From an uncultured Acidobacteriota bacterium (GTDB lineage: Bacteria > Acidobacteriota > Terriglobia > Bryobacterales > UBA6623), in NCBI GenBank assembly GCA_963805925.1, contig CAWDWB010000009.1:517746-581745 (forward strand): a DNA stretch of 64,000 nucleotides, in the 5' to 3' direction. Numbering within the stretch: the stretch's first letter is position 1; each line of letters starts with the position of its first letter. The translations under genes and the position numbers were made by a program. The notes beneath the pieces are model-generated. The model saw only the letters and a program-made list of their open reading frames with translations, made no database searches and was not told where the DNA came from. Positions 22,054 through 32,905 of the stretch are shown piece after piece.

Positions 22054-22626
22054 CTACTCGGAAGATTCAGCCGCCGCTTCCGCCGCTTCGGCTAGACGGT
22101 CTTCGAGACCGTCTAGCCATTCGGGTTCGGCAACGACTTTGCCCAATGCTTCGATGATTTTACCAGAGGTGAAGCCCGCTCCCTGCAAGTTGCGGACAAC
22201 CTTGGCGAACTGCTTTTGGTCCTTGAGTTGGGCGTCCGGGTCGCAACTGAGCTTGCGCCGCAGGTGCTCGCGGATGAGGTCCATCTCGTCGATCTCGCTG
22301 TAGGCCTGCTCGACTGTCTGCTTGGCGGTGTCAAAGTCGACCCCGCGGCGTTGCAACTCGGTCATGACGCGGCGCTTGCCGAAGCGTTGGAACTCGCGGC
22401 GGGCGTATGCGTGCGACTCGGCGGTGCGCTGGTCGTTAAGGTAGCCGATGCCCTTGAGCCGTTCGATGGTTTCCCCGACGGATGCCTTGGCAGCAGCACG
22501 GTTCTGCAGTTTGGTGCGCAGTTCCTTCTCGGTGTGGGCGCGCCGTTCGAGGGCCTTCACAGCATAGGCAAACAGCGCTTCCGGGGCGAGCTTTTTGCTG
22601 GAGGAGGCGAAGGGCACTGCGCCCAA
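22054..22626 (-). CDS. recX: Recombination regulator RecX
   Basis: 190 aa of helical-repeat protein (ALRLL-type repeats, e.g. YAVKALERRAHTEKELRTKL). Position immediately upstream of alaS is typical. Confidence 0.8.
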   Translation of the reverse strand: MGAVPFASSSKKLAPEALFAYAVKALERRAHTEKELRTKLQNRAAAKASVGETIERLKGIGYLNDQRTAESHAYARREFQRFGKRRVMTELQRRGVDFDTAKQTVEQAYSEIDEMDLIREHLRRKLSCDPDAQLKDQKQFAKVVRNLQGAGFTSGKIIEALGKVVAEPEWLDGLEDRLAEAAEAAAESSE

Positions 22627-22643
22627 TTCTAGCGAACGAGAGA

Positions 22644-23168
22644 CTACTTCGCTGCCATGATCACGCCGCAGGCGATGCGATCGCCGGCAGCGCCCGACGG
22701 CTGGGACTTGTAGTCGTCAGCGCCGGAATGCACGACAACGGCGGTACCGGTCGCGCTCGTTAGCGAGTTCGGCTTGCCGGATTCGAGGGTGACGTCTGAG
22801 TTCATGATCTCGATGTGAACCTTGCCCGAGGAATCGGCTTGAAAGTTCGGCATGTCGCCGGCGTGGCTGTCTTTCCCTTGCAGATAGCCGTGGGAAGCCT
22901 TCTCGGGATTAAAGTGTCCGCCTGCGGACTTAAAGTCGGGGCCGTCGCATTTGCCGGTTTCGTGAATGTGTATTGCGTGCATCCCGGCGGGGATGCCCGT
23001 GAGGTCAGCTTGCAGCAGGACGCCTTCCGGGGTCTGCGTCAATTCCACTTTGCCCATATCGTTGCCTTTCGCGCCGTGCATGTTCGCTACAGCGCTCTTT
23101 GAGTCGCCGGCGGCCAAGGCTACGGTTAAAACAAGAGATAGGCAAGTCAGCAGTGCGTAACGTTTCAT
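22644..23168 (-). CDS. sodC: Cu/Zn superoxide dismutase (periplasmic)
   Basis: ATG at 23168 gives the signal peptide MKRYALLTCLSLVLTVALA. Motifs present: HAIHIHETGKC, GGHFNP, HAGDMPN, GDRIACGVI. Confidence 0.9.
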   Translation of the reverse strand: MKRYALLTCLSLVLTVALAAGDSKSAVANMHGAKGNDMGKVELTQTPEGVLLQADLTGIPAGMHAIHIHETGKCDGPDFKSAGGHFNPEKASHGYLQGKDSHAGDMPNFQADSSGKVHIEIMNSDVTLESGKPNSLTSATGTAVVVHSGADDYKSQPSGAAGDRIACGVIMAAK

Positions 23169-23402
23169 GGTTTCGACCCTCTGACCTGGAGAGTCATGCC
23201 GCATGCAAACTGTTACCGGATGGCCTAGACGCTTTCCCGGCCGCCGGACTGCAACTCGCACTGATTGCAGACGGCAAGAACAAGATGCGCGCTTCCAAGC
23301 CGCCGAGGGCCTTGCGGGGGGAAGCGGCGAAGGACGCTGCGCCGGATTCCGGTAAATCCTCTTGCCTTAGCCGACAGAGGGGCCTGTGCCATACTGGCCG
23401 CA

Positions 23403-24791
23403 ATGAGGGGTTACCTGCTTGCGCTAGCGGCGGTGATCATACTGGGCGCTGGGCTCCGGCTCCACTATCTTTCAACCGAATCCATAGACGGGGACGAGGT
23501 ATTTACCCACAACATCGTCATTGCGCCGACGGCAGAATCTCTCGAGGAGATTCGGCAAGATCTGGTTCACCCGCCGCTCTACTACCTGTTACTCCAGGGT
23601 TTCACCACGATGTTCGGATCGGGCTTGGCGGCGATTCGCGCACCGTCAATGATTGCTAGCCTGACGGGAATCGCGGTGTTGGGCTGGCTCTACCGCAAGC
23701 AGGAATGGCGCATGCCGGCTACCCTCGCCGCCCTGCTCTTGGCCCTAAATGGAGAGCACGTCTTTCAAGGGGAACGGGCCCGCAGCTACGCCCTCTATGC
23801 GCTGCTGGTAACGCTGCTGGTGCTGTGGAGCTTCGAGATGCAGGATCGCGGCGGAAGTCGGCTCTACTGGATTACCGGCGGCGCAATCATGACGCTGACC
23901 GTTTACACGCACTACGTGGGCGCTCTCTATGTTGCCGCGGTGGTCGCCGCGGTGATGCTCTCCGATGCGCCGGCGACGCTCAAATACCGCACAGTCGCGG
24001 CGGCCGCCGCGGCGGCTACCCTATTCTTGCCCTGGCTGTATTGGCTCGCGCCGGCATATGCCGCGCACGACGGCGTCGCGAACAACTTGGGATGGGTGCC
24101 TGCGCCGGAGCCATCTAACCTGGCGTACGTCGTCACCAGGTTCCTCGGCGCGCCCGCGCTGCGGCACGTTACGAGCTCCAACTTACTGTTGACGGGTTCG
24201 CTTGCTGCGGTCGCCCTGCTGCGCGGCCGACGTTCGATCGAGACGCTTTCGCTGGCGTTGACAGCGTTGGGACCGCCCGTGGCGCTATATGCGGCTTCCT
24301 TGATGGGTGCAGTCAGTTTCTTCCATATCCGCCATCTGTTGCCCTCGTTCGCCCCCTGGCTGCTATTGGTATGCTTCGGCGCGGCAGCCTTAGCCCGCCG
24401 GTTTAACCGTCCCGGTTTGGCCTTCGCGCTATTGGCCGCCCTGATACTCGCCTATCCAGTGGGTGCGCTGCCCACTGGTCCTATCCGACGCCCGTTGGCG
24501 GCGGTGGCAAAGATGCTGAGCGAGCCGCCGCTGGAGGCATTGCCAGCCTACTCGGTCAGCCAATACGAAGTCGCCGATCCGATCAACTTCCACGCCGGAA
24601 GGGAGCGAGTACGGCTGGCGCCGCCCTCGGGTCTGGAGAACGTGGAAACTACCGTATTGCTGTACCGAGCCGATTCGCCGGAGCGTGAGGTCGCCCGAGC
24701 CCTGGAAGATCCGTGCACAACTCTCAGCCAGCGCCTCGTCGGCAGGGATGTGACGCTAGCCGTACTCCGCTGCGCGGGAGGGGAGCGCTAG
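23403..24791 (+). CDS. Polytopic membrane protein, ArnT/PMT_2 (GT-C) glycosyltransferase-like
   Basis: ATG at 23403. MRGYLLALAAVIILGAGLRLHYLSTESIDGDEVFT is typical of the first loop of GT39/83-like enzymes. Multiple TM segments. Confidence 0.6.
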   Translation: MRGYLLALAAVIILGAGLRLHYLSTESIDGDEVFTHNIVIAPTAESLEEIRQDLVHPPLYYLLLQGFTTMFGSGLAAIRAPSMIASLTGIAVLGWLYRKQEWRMPATLAALLLALNGEHVFQGERARSYALYALLVTLLVLWSFEMQDRGGSRLYWITGGAIMTLTVYTHYVGALYVAAVVAAVMLSDAPATLKYRTVAAAAAAATLFLPWLYWLAPAYAAHDGVANNLGWVPAPEPSNLAYVVTRFLGAPALRHVTSSNLLLTGSLAAVALLRGRRSIETLSLALTALGPPVALYAASLMGAVSFFHIRHLLPSFAPWLLLVCFGAAALARRFNRPGLAFALLAALILAYPVGALPTGPIRRPLAAVAKMLSEPPLEALPAYSVSQYEVADPINFHAGRERVRLAPPSGLENVETTVLLYRADSPEREVARALEDPCTTLSQRLVGRDVTLAVLRCAGGER

Positions 24792-24795
24792 TGCG

Positions 24796-25797
24796 CTAGA
24801 CCGCTTCCCAGCCGCCGGACTTCTCGGAGCGGAAAACCGCGTCGATGATCTTCATCTGCGCCAAGGCGTTCTCCAGCGGGAACTCCAAGGGCTCGCCGTT
24901 GCGGATATGGCGCGAGAAGCCGTCGCCCTGCAATTCGTACTGATTACAGATCGGCAGGAACTCGATGCGCGCTTCGAGGCCGCCAAGGACTTTGCCGTCG
25001 TCGATGAAGATGCGGCAAGGCTTGTCGTCCGGCGCATTGAAGGGGATTTCGACTTCGATGCGCCCCTTGGTCCCGCAAATCTGCATGCGCTGGTAGGGAA
25101 CCATCTGCGTCGAGTACATGAAGCTGGCCTGACCGCCTGGAAAGTCGTAGATCACGCTGCCCAGTCGGTCAGTCTTAAAGTTGGGGTCGCGATCCATCAG
25201 GCTCACGACGCGGGTCGGCTCAGCGTCGAACAGATAGCGGGAGATGACCGTCGGGTAAACGCCGATGTCCATCATGCCGCCGCCGCCGATGTCGGCGAGA
25301 TTGCGGACGTTGTTGGGGTCCACGTTGTAATAGCTGAACAGACCCTGGATGCCGCGCAGTTCGCCGATCTCGCCTGAGCGCACGATCTCGCGCACGCGCA
25401 TCCACTGCGGATGCCAGCGAACCATGAACGCTTCTTGGATCAGCACGCCGGTACGGTCGCGCGCGGCAATCAGTTCTTCGGCCTCGGCGGCGTTCATCGA
25501 CAAAGGCTTCTCGCACAGCACATGCTTGCCCGCCTCAGCGGCCTGAATCGACACAGGCACATGCAAGTGGTTCGGCAGCGGGTTGTAGACCGCCTCGATT
25601 TCGGGATCGGCCAACAGTTCTTCGTACGAGCCGTAGGCCTTGGGGATGCCCAATTTCTCGGCCGCCTGCTTGGCCTTCGCCAGATCGCGCGAGGCGATGG
25701 CCTGAATGTCACAAAGCTCTCCCTGCTGCATGGGACCGATGACGCGGTCCAAACCAATCTTGGCGGTGCTGATGATTCCCCACTTCACTTTCTGCAT
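24796..25797 (-). CDS. Gfo/Idh/MocA-family oxidoreductase
   Basis: MQKVKWGIISTAKIG Rossmann N-terminus, EKPL motif, and family-typical length (333 aa). Confidence 0.85.
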   Translation of the reverse strand: MQKVKWGIISTAKIGLDRVIGPMQQGELCDIQAIASRDLAKAKQAAEKLGIPKAYGSYEELLADPEIEAVYNPLPNHLHVPVSIQAAEAGKHVLCEKPLSMNAAEAEELIAARDRTGVLIQEAFMVRWHPQWMRVREIVRSGEIGELRGIQGLFSYYNVDPNNVRNLADIGGGGMMDIGVYPTVISRYLFDAEPTRVVSLMDRDPNFKTDRLGSVIYDFPGGQASFMYSTQMVPYQRMQICGTKGRIEVEIPFNAPDDKPCRIFIDDGKVLGGLEARIEFLPICNQYELQGDGFSRHIRNGEPLEFPLENALAQMKIIDAVFRSEKSGGWEAV

Positions 25798-25978
25798 GAC
25801 GAAATAGATTAGCAGCGCTGGCGCGCGCTTGTCCGGCCTTCGCCGGGCGCGGCCCTCCGGGGGAGCGGCGACAATCGAGGGTTCCAGGACGTCCTCGACT
25901 CAAGGGCGGCCGCGTGAGCGGCGGGGCCTGGCGGCCAACCCGTTCACGTCAAAACGGTGTGTTGTCCACTCCTGTGCG

Positions 25979-26552
25979 TCAGGGCGTCGGGGTTCCCTGA
26001 CGGTCATCAATCACGTTGATCGTCACGTTTGAAACGCTCGTCATCACCAGACGGAAGCGTGTAAAAGGCATTGGATGACCATAGCCCTCGAATCCCGTCA
26101 CCTTACCGGTGTTCGGATCTCCCACCACCCCTACCGCTGGAGCAATGTCTAGCCGCCCGGTCAACTCCGCTACGACTTGGTATTTAGGACATTGCAGGCA
26201 GACCTCGTTGGGCTTGGAAGGCTGCTGCTCCTTTGAGATAACGTTCAAACTCTTGGAACACGTCGTCCCGTTTCAGATGTAGTTGATCACGGCCCAAGGT
26301 AGGATCATCGCCGTAAATCAAGACCACACGTTCATCCGCACATTGCTCGGGTCGCACAAACATATCGTGCCCGCCCGGAAAAACAATGCCACGAAGCTTT
26401 ACCATCGTGCCGTTCTGGGTTGTCTCGACTAGGCATTTCTCGCTTTGCGCGAGAACTGGAACTGTCGATAAAACGAAGCCCCAAAAGCAGCCTATCGCGA
26501 CCTTGTTCAACATCGTCAATCCCCCTATCCCAGGAAACCGTGTCGGTCTCAA
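25979..26552 (-). pseudogene. Hypothetical secreted protein split over two frames (possible frameshift)
   Basis: The 26184..26552 ORF carries a signal peptide (...VLSTVPVLAQSE). It overlaps the 25979..26248 ORF, and both frames look coding-like. A frame change near 26215-26235 would join ...FQEFERYLK to EQQPSKPNEVCLQCPKYQ... Confidence 0.35.
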
Positions 26553-26670
26553 TTATGAGGCAGCGCCGGAATGCCATGTCGTTCCCGCCCGCCTCGCGAT
26601 CAGCCGCGGCTATTGTGGCGATGTCCTTGGACAAGATCGGACATGCCCGCCACAGCTAAACTGACAGTCT

Positions 26671-27369
26671 ATGGACTATCGCACTCTTCGTTCGGCGCCG
26701 CTGGGCAGTCTCAGGAGCATTGAGGCCGACTCACTCGAATCGGTCTTGTTGGATGAGGAGGAAGCTAGGGTGTTGGGTTGCCTCTTAGAGAAAGAGATGA
26801 CCACGCCGGACTACTATCCGCTGACGCTCAATAGCTTGGTGGCCGCCTGCAATCAGAAGTCGAGCCGTGACCCCGTCGTCGAGTACGACGACGCGTTGGT
26901 GCAGTCGGCGTTGGAGCGGTTGCAAGAGAAAGGATTGACGCGACGGATCACCGGCGCCGATTCGCGCGTGCCGCGGTATCGTCATGTGGCCAACGATGCG
27001 CTGCGGCTGAACAAGGAACGTGCGGCGGTGATCTGCGTGTTGTTGTTGCGCGGTCCGCAAACGCCAGGCGAGATTCGCCAACGCACGAACCGCATGTATG
27101 AGTTCGTGTCGTTGGCCGAAGTCGAAGAGACGATTGAAGAGTTGCGCACGCGCGATACGCTGGCGTTGGTTACGCAACTCCAACGGCAGCCGGGCACGAA
27201 AGAGGCGCGCTACGCCCACCTGTTGATGGGGCCCATCGACGAAGAGGAGATCGCTAGCGCTGGGGCGGCGCCGGTCAGACGTAGCGGAGTCGAACAGCGC
27301 GTTACCGAGTTGGAAGAAAAGCTCGCCCAGCTTGAGGCGCAATTCGAACAATTCAAGTCGCAGTTTTAG
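26671..27369 (+). CDS. YceH-like DUF480 family protein
   Basis: LDEEEARVLGCLLEKEMTTPDYYPLTLNSLVAACNQKSSRDPVV is the hallmark N-terminus of the YceH/UPF0502 family. Has a C-terminal coiled coil. Confidence 0.75.
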   Translation: MDYRTLRSAPLGSLRSIEADSLESVLLDEEEARVLGCLLEKEMTTPDYYPLTLNSLVAACNQKSSRDPVVEYDDALVQSALERLQEKGLTRRITGADSRVPRYRHVANDALRLNKERAAVICVLLLRGPQTPGEIRQRTNRMYEFVSLAEVEETIEELRTRDTLALVTQLQRQPGTKEARYAHLLMGPIDEEEIASAGAAPVRRSGVEQRVTELEEKLAQLEAQFEQFKSQF

Positions 27370-27476
27370 CTAGCCAGGAAAAGCCCTGTACACCCGCGCC
27401 GCATCGCCTTCCCTGGCGGGCGGCGCGTTGTTGTATGCGCTCGACGATCTGCTGCTGAAATGCGGGATCGAGCCAT

Positions 27477-28259
27477 TCATCGAAACCCTTCACGGCGCAG
27501 AGGCGGTGGGCGGCGTCTCCGCGTGGTCGCGCCGCGGCTCTTGGTTTGGCGAACGTGCAGCGGGTCGACGATGAGCGCTTCGTTCGAAGCTTCGAGAGCC
27601 TGATCGGCAAGTTCCTCGGGGTCGCAAGGCAACAGCGGCGCCAGCGTGGCGTGAATGCGCAGTCCGGCGCGGGTGAGTTGTTTCATTGCTGCGAGCCGTT
27701 CGGCGATCGGTTCGCAGTGCGGCTCGAAGATGCGGCGGATGTCTTCGCGATTGGTGGTGACGGAGAAGCTGATGCGCAGCAGAGTTCGCTCGGCGAGTTC
27801 AAGCAACAAATCAAGGTCGCGCAGGATAAGCGGACCGCGGGTTTGGATGACGAAGACTTCCGGAGGCGCGGCGATGAGTTCGCGCAGCACGTCGGGCATG
27901 AGCCGAGCTTCGCGTTCGGCAGGCTGGTAGGGATCGGTGAGCGGCGAGCAGTAGATGCGCTGATGTGGGCGCAGCTGTTTACGTAGCAGCGAGGGGAGGT
28001 TCTCTTTGACCGTGGTGAACTGGCCCCAGTGCTGCCAGTCTTCTTTGCGCAGGCCGCCGTGGATGCGCAGCGTCGGCACGTAGCAGTAGAGGCAACCGTA
28101 AGTGCAGTTGCGCGCGGGCGTGAGCGAGTGAGTGAAACCTGCGTCGGCGATGAAGCCGGAGGTCTTGCTCAGAGCAAGGGTTGCCCGGGCGAACCGAAGT
28201 TCGCCCGGGCTTGGGGTTAGGGTTGGGGTATGGGTAGAGGCCATGAAGGTCGGGGACAA
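27477..28259 (-). CDS. Radical SAM protein (SPL/DNA-repair-photolyase-like group)
   Basis: CTYGCLYC is a CxxxCxxC cluster motif about 45 aa from the N-terminus. The C-terminal roughly 25 aa look non-native; see noticed_but_rejected. Confidence 0.7.
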   Translation of the reverse strand: MSPTFMASTHTPTLTPSPGELRFARATLALSKTSGFIADAGFTHSLTPARNCTYGCLYCYVPTLRIHGGLRKEDWQHWGQFTTVKENLPSLLRKQLRPHQRIYCSPLTDPYQPAEREARLMPDVLRELIAAPPEVFVIQTRGPLILRDLDLLLELAERTLLRISFSVTTNREDIRRIFEPHCEPIAERLAAMKQLTRAGLRIHATLAPLLPCDPEELADQALEASNEALIVDPLHVRQTKSRGATTRRRRPPPLRREGFR

Positions 28260-28271
28260 CCGACCGTCATG

Positions 28272-29198
28272 TTAGTGGACGCCGTTTGCTGCGGCCACCA
28301 AACTGTGTAAAGCGTTTCTCGCTGGGGCTGTTTCGCCCGAGGCAAGCAGCGCGTCAACCTGCAGCAAACCGGCTACGGGGAACTGATCCGCGGCGTTGCC
28401 GAGCAACTCTGCGGCGTGGGCAAGATTGACGCCCTGACGCAGCAGGATGGAACCCAGCAGATAACTAGCAACGGCGGAGCGCGGCTCAAGAAAGAGAGCC
28501 TGCTTGGCTGCCGTCTCCGCGGCCGGCACGTCGCCCATTGCATCTAGCGTTACTCCTAGATTGGCCCAGGCCATTGCGCTGGACGGATCTAGTTGGAGCA
28601 CCGTCTCGAATTCCTTCACTGCGCGGTCGTACTGGCGCATCCGCCCCAGGCGAACGGCCAGATTGTGACGCGCCTCGATGTAGTCGGGATGCTCTTCGAT
28701 GGCCTTCTCCAGCAAAGCGATGGACTCCTTCAGGTCGGTGAGGGTCATTGCCTTTTCGAAGAGCTTGGAGGCCTTCTCAGGAGGCGCATGCAGCAGACGC
28801 GCAACGGAGACGGTTTCGTTGGACGAAGGCTGCACTTTCGGTACGGGCAAGGTGACAGTGATGTCGCCGACCGGCGCCGGCGACCAGACGTTCTCCTGGT
28901 GAATCAGGCGCTGGCCGTCGCGCACTTCGAGGCTGTAGCCGCGACTGCCGGAAGCGGCGCCGTGCAATCGAAATGCGCCGTCAGAGCCAACCGGCGTCTG
29001 GTCAAACAGGCGTCCGCTGGAGCTGTCACGCAGCACAACCAAGGCGGAACTGCCCGCGCTGAGATTCTCTATCCTCCCCCGGACTTCTTCTGCAGCGTGG
29101 AATGCGCCTGGTTGGGCCTCCATCTGGGCTTCAAATGTGAAAAGCGGCAGCATCAGTAAAGATCCAACAAGTAAGCCTCTTCTATACGAAACGGACAT
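28272..29198 (-). CDS. Secreted TPR-repeat protein with N-terminal CarboxypepD_reg-like domain
   Basis: Signal peptide. The C-terminal half has TPR-like repeats (EARHNLAVRLGRMRQYDRAVKEFETVLQLDPSSAMAWANLG). Confidence 0.65.
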   Translation of the reverse strand: MSVSYRRGLLVGSLLMLPLFTFEAQMEAQPGAFHAAEEVRGRIENLSAGSSALVVLRDSSSGRLFDQTPVGSDGAFRLHGAASGSRGYSLEVRDGQRLIHQENVWSPAPVGDITVTLPVPKVQPSSNETVSVARLLHAPPEKASKLFEKAMTLTDLKESIALLEKAIEEHPDYIEARHNLAVRLGRMRQYDRAVKEFETVLQLDPSSAMAWANLGVTLDAMGDVPAAETAAKQALFLEPRSAVASYLLGSILLRQGVNLAHAAELLGNAADQFPVAGLLQVDALLASGETAPARNALHSLVAAANGVH

Positions 29199-29652
29199 AG
29201 CAGCCTCCCGGTGGAATTCAACTTAGCGGGAGGATCACCCTTCACGTCGGGCGACGTCCTGCATTGTTAGAATTCCAAACGAAATAGAGCACCGGCATTA
29301 CGGATGACAAGAAGTCATTCGGACCGGTCCCTTCGCGGTACGTCCTAACTGGAGGACGATGTAGAACCGCGAAGCGGTGACTCACAGGCGCAGTCTTCTC
29401 GGAGCGCGTTCGAGTTACTTGGCGAAACGGTCGGCCCGGCCGGGGCCCCCGCATCTCGCGCTTGGACGACGGGTCTCTCTCTGGTGAGAGTGTCTTGCGC
29501 CGTCCACACTTTCACCTTATGCGGATCGCTCGCGGGCGTCCAATCGAAAAGAATTATCCAGCCGATAGGGCTTGCAGCCGCACGGCTGGGATTCTCGATG
29601 GCGGTGCTAGACTGGGTGTTTTCCGCTGGGCTATCTTCTCACCTGTTCTCCG

Positions 29653-31359
29653 ATGTCTAACTCACTCAACACGCTGCAACTTCCGTCTGGCCGCGAAGCC
29701 GACGCCGCTCTGATCGAGAAGTGGCGAAGCGGCGACTTGGTACGCCGTTTGTGGGACGGCGATGCGTCGGTCTGGACGGACAGCGACGAATCGAAGTGGG
29801 TCGCTTGGCTACACATTGCCGAGCAGCAACTGGCGCGTCCGGACAACTTGACGGAGTTGAAACAAGACGTCGGTCAAGCCGGTTTCACCGACGTCCTTTT
29901 GTTGGGAATGGGCGGATCCAGTTTGTGTCCGGACGTGTTGTCGCGGACCTTTGGACAACAAGAAGGTTTCCCGAAGCTGCACGTGCTCGACTCGACCGAT
30001 CCGGCGCAAGTGTTGGCGACGGAGCGGAAGATCGACCTGGCGAAGACGCTGTTCTTCGTATCGAGCAAGTCGGGCACGACGCTGGAACCGGACATCATGC
30101 GGCGGCACTTCTTCGAACGCGCCGGACAAGTTCTGGGCGGAGCACCGGGCGCACATTTCATCGCCGTGACCGACCCCGGGTCGGATTTGGAAGCGGTCGC
30201 CAATCGCGATGGCTATCGCGACATCTTTTACGGGCTGAAAGAGATTGGCGGGCGCTACTCGGCCCTGTCGAACTTCGGAATGGCGCCGGCTGCGGCAGCC
30301 GGCTTGGACGTCGTGGACTTTCTGAAGCGCGCGCAGCAAATGGCGGACGCTTGCAAGGCGGAGGACCCGGCGGAAAATCCGGGTGCGAGCTTGGGCTTGC
30401 TGCTGGGCGCTTACGCGAACGCGGGAAGGAACAAGCTAACGTTCGTCGTTTCAAAAGAGCTGGAATCGCTTGGCGCCTGGCTGGAACAACTCGTGGCAGA
30501 GTCGACGGGCAAACTGGGCAAGGCCATCATCCCGGTCGATATGGAATCAGTGGGCACGCCCGAAGTTTACGGCGCCGATCGCGTTTTTGTGCAGATCGGA
30601 TTGGGTTCCGACCGGCCGGCGGACGAGCGCCTCAGCGCGCTGGAAAAGGCTGGGCATCCGGTGGTGCGGATTGAGTGCACGGACACCGCGCATTTAGGGC
30701 AAGAGTTCTTCCGCTGGGAGTTTGCCACCGCCGTCGCCGGCGCGGTGATGGAGATCAACCCGTTCAATCAGCCGGATGTGGAGGCGAGCAAGGTCGCCAG
30801 CCGCAAGCTGACCGAAGAGTTCGAGAAGACCAAGTCCCTGCCTGGCGAAGAGCCGTTCTTTGAGAACGACGGCGTGAAGTTATTTGCCGATGCGAGCTAC
30901 TCGGCGAAGCTGGCGCAAGGGGCGGATACTCCAACGCTAGTGGGTTATCTCAGAGCGCACCTGGATCAGATCGGCGCCGGCGACTACGTCGCTCTGTTGG
31001 CCTACATTGAGATGAACGAGCCCCACGAGCAAGCCCTGCAGTCTGTGCGCATGGCCATTCGCGACCGGAAGAAGGCGGCGACCTGCTTGGGCTTTGGACC
31101 GCGCTTCTTGCACTCGACGGGACAGGCCTACAAGGGCGGACCAAACGAAGGAGTCGTCGTGCAGATCACTTGCGACGATGCAACCGATGTTGCCGTGCCG
31201 GGGCGTGAGTATAGCTTCAGCATTGTGAAGGCGGCGCAGGCGCGCGGCGATTTCACGGTGCTGGAGGAGCGCAAGCGCCGTGCGTTACGCGTTCACCTGG
31301 CGGATGTCGAGGGCGGATTGAGCCGCTTGGCGGCAGCGGTCAGCCAGGCTCTCGCGTAG
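29653..31359 (+). CDS. pgi: Glucose-6-phosphate isomerase (PGI family)
   Basis: [14 protein letters not shown] and [16 protein letters not shown]-domain motifs. Located directly upstream of zwf. Confidence 0.8.
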   Translation: MSNSLNTLQLPSGREADAALIEKWRSGDLVRRLWDGDASVWTDSDESKWVAWLHIAEQQLARPDNLTELKQDVGQAGFTDVLLLGMGGSSLCPDVLSRTFGQQEGFPKLHVLDSTDPAQVLATERKIDLAKTLFFVSSKSGTTLEPDIMRRHFFERAGQVLGGAPGAHFIAVTDPGSDLEAVANRDGYRDIFYGLKEIGGRYSALSNFGMAPAAAAGLDVVDFLKRAQQMADACKAEDPAENPGASLGLLLGAYANAGRNKLTFVVSKELESLGAWLEQLVAESTGKLGKAIIPVDMESVGTPEVYGADRVFVQIGLGSDRPADERLSALEKAGHPVVRIECTDTAHLGQEFFRWEFATAVAGAVMEINPFNQPDVEASKVASRKLTEEFEKTKSLPGEEPFFENDGVKLFADASYSAKLAQGADTPTLVGYLRAHLDQIGAGDYVALLAYIEMNEPHEQALQSVRMAIRDRKKAATCLGFGPRFLHSTGQAYKGGPNEGVVVQITCDDATDVAVPGREYSFSIVKAAQARGDFTVLEERKRRALRVHLADVEGGLSRLAAAVSQALA

Positions 31360-31393
31360 GTTGCCCAGTCAGCGGATCAGGAGAATAGGATTG

Positions 31394-32905
31394 ATGCCTA
31401 ACGTAGGACAGATCGCCGCCGCCAATGTCATGGCGATCTTCGGCGCTTCCGGGGATTTAACGAAACGCAAACTGGTTCCCGCTCTTTATAACCTTCGCAA
31501 GGACGGGTTATTGCCGGAAGACTTCGCCATCATCGGCATCTCTCGCCGCGAGATGAGTGACGAAGAGTTTCGCGAGAAGCTGCGCGAAGACATGGCGAAA
31601 TTTGCGACTTCCTATACGGATCCTGCGGTATGGGAGTGGCTGTCGGAGAGAGTGCATTACTTGGCTGGAGATGCGGAGGACGCAGAGACCTATGTGCGTC
31701 TACGCGAGCGGCTGGAAAGCTTCGGCCAGGAGCCGGGCATCAAGAACTACTTCTTCTACATGGCCACGGCTCCGCGCTTTTTCGGGCCGGTCTGCGAGCA
31801 ACTGCGCGAAGCGGGGCTAACGCAGGAAGAAGAAGGCGGCGGATGGCGGAGGGTGGTCTTTGAGAAGCCTTTCGGCCACGACCTAAAGTCGGCGCGCGAA
31901 CTCAACCAACAACTCGCGCGAACGTTGAACGAGGATCAGATCTACCGCATCGATCACTATCTAGGCAAAGAGACCGTCCAAAACATCTTGGTGTTTCGAT
32001 TCGCGAACGGCATCTTCGAGCCGTTGTGGAATCATCGCTACATCGACCACGTACAGATCACGGTGGCCGAGAACATCGGCGTCGGCGACCGCGGAGGCTA
32101 CTACGATAAGTCCGGCGCCTTGCGGGACATGGTGCCGAACCACATCTTCCAACTCATCTCTCTGACTTGCATGGAGCCGCCGATATCGTTTGAGGCGGAC
32201 GCGGTGCGCGATGAGCAGGCAAAAGTGTTGCGGTCGTTGGCGCCGCTGTCTCCCGAGGAGGCGTTGCATGTATCGGTGCGCGGCCAGTACGGCCCGGGAA
32301 CGACGGAAGGCGGAAAGCTGCTGGGATATCGCGAAGAGCCTGGAGTGCCGAAGGACTCCACGACGGAGACCTTCGTTGCGATGAAGCTGACGCTCGATAA
32401 TTGGCGCTGGGCAGGCGTGCCGATTTATCTGCGAACCGGCAAGCACTTGCCGCTGCGCGCAACCGAAATTTCGATCCAGTTCAACCGCGCGCCGTTTACG
32501 TTGTTTCGCAAGACGGAGGTGTCTCAGTTGCCGGCCAGCCGGCTAGTCATCCGCTTGCAGCCGGATGAAGGAATCTCGTTGAGCTTCGGCGCGAAAGTGC
32601 CGGGACCGGTTCTGAAGCTAGGCCAGGTCGACATGAACTTCCTTTACGAGGACTATTTCGGAGCGACGCCGAGCACAGGCTACGAACGTTTGCTCTACGA
32701 CTGCATGTGCGGCGACCAGACTTTGTTCCAGCGCGCGGACATGACCGAAGCGAGTTGGAAGATCGTGACGCCGATTCTGGATCTGTGGGAAGCGTTGACG
32801 CCGCGTGCGTTCCCGAACTACGCCGCCGGAAGTTGGGGGCCGAAAGAGGCTCACGACCTGCTGGGCCGAGACGGCCGCGAATGGGCCCGCTGCGGCGAGT
32901 GCTAA
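31394..32905 (+). CDS. zwf: Glucose-6-phosphate 1-dehydrogenase
   Basis: ATG at 31394. Motifs present: [22 protein letters not shown], and the active-site region EKPFG. Confidence 0.95.
   Translation: MPNVGQIAAANVMAIFGASGDLTKRKLVPALYNLRKDGLLPEDFAIIGISRREMSDEEFREKLREDMAKFATSYTDPAVWEWLSERVHYLAGDAEDAETYVRLRERLESFGQEPGIKNYFFYMATAPRFFGPVCEQLREAGLTQEEEGGGWRRVVFEKPFGHDLKSARELNQQLARTLNEDQIYRIDHYLGKETVQNILVFRFANGIFEPLWNHRYIDHVQITVAENIGVGDRGGYYDKSGALRDMVPNHIFQLISLTCMEPPISFEADAVRDEQAKVLRSLAPLSPEEALHVSVRGQYGPGTTEGGKLLGYREEPGVPKDSTTETFVAMKLTLDNWRWAGVPIYLRTGKHLPLRATEISIQFNRAPFTLFRKTEVSQLPASRLVIRLQPDEGISLSFGAKVPGPVLKLGQVDMNFLYEDYFGATPSTGYERLLYDCMCGDQTLFQRADMTEASWKIVTPILDLWEALTPRAFPNYAAGSWGPKEAHDLLGRDGREWARCGEC

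Noticed and set aside
27353-27610. Alternative-frame ORF overlapping the 3' end of the radical SAM gene (…KGFDEWLDPAFQQQIVERIQQRAARQG), considered as a possible true C-terminus (frameshift).
   Set aside because: Both candidate C-termini are short and lack motifs I can recognise. I cannot decide without aligning to homologs. The gene is left as called, with reduced confidence.
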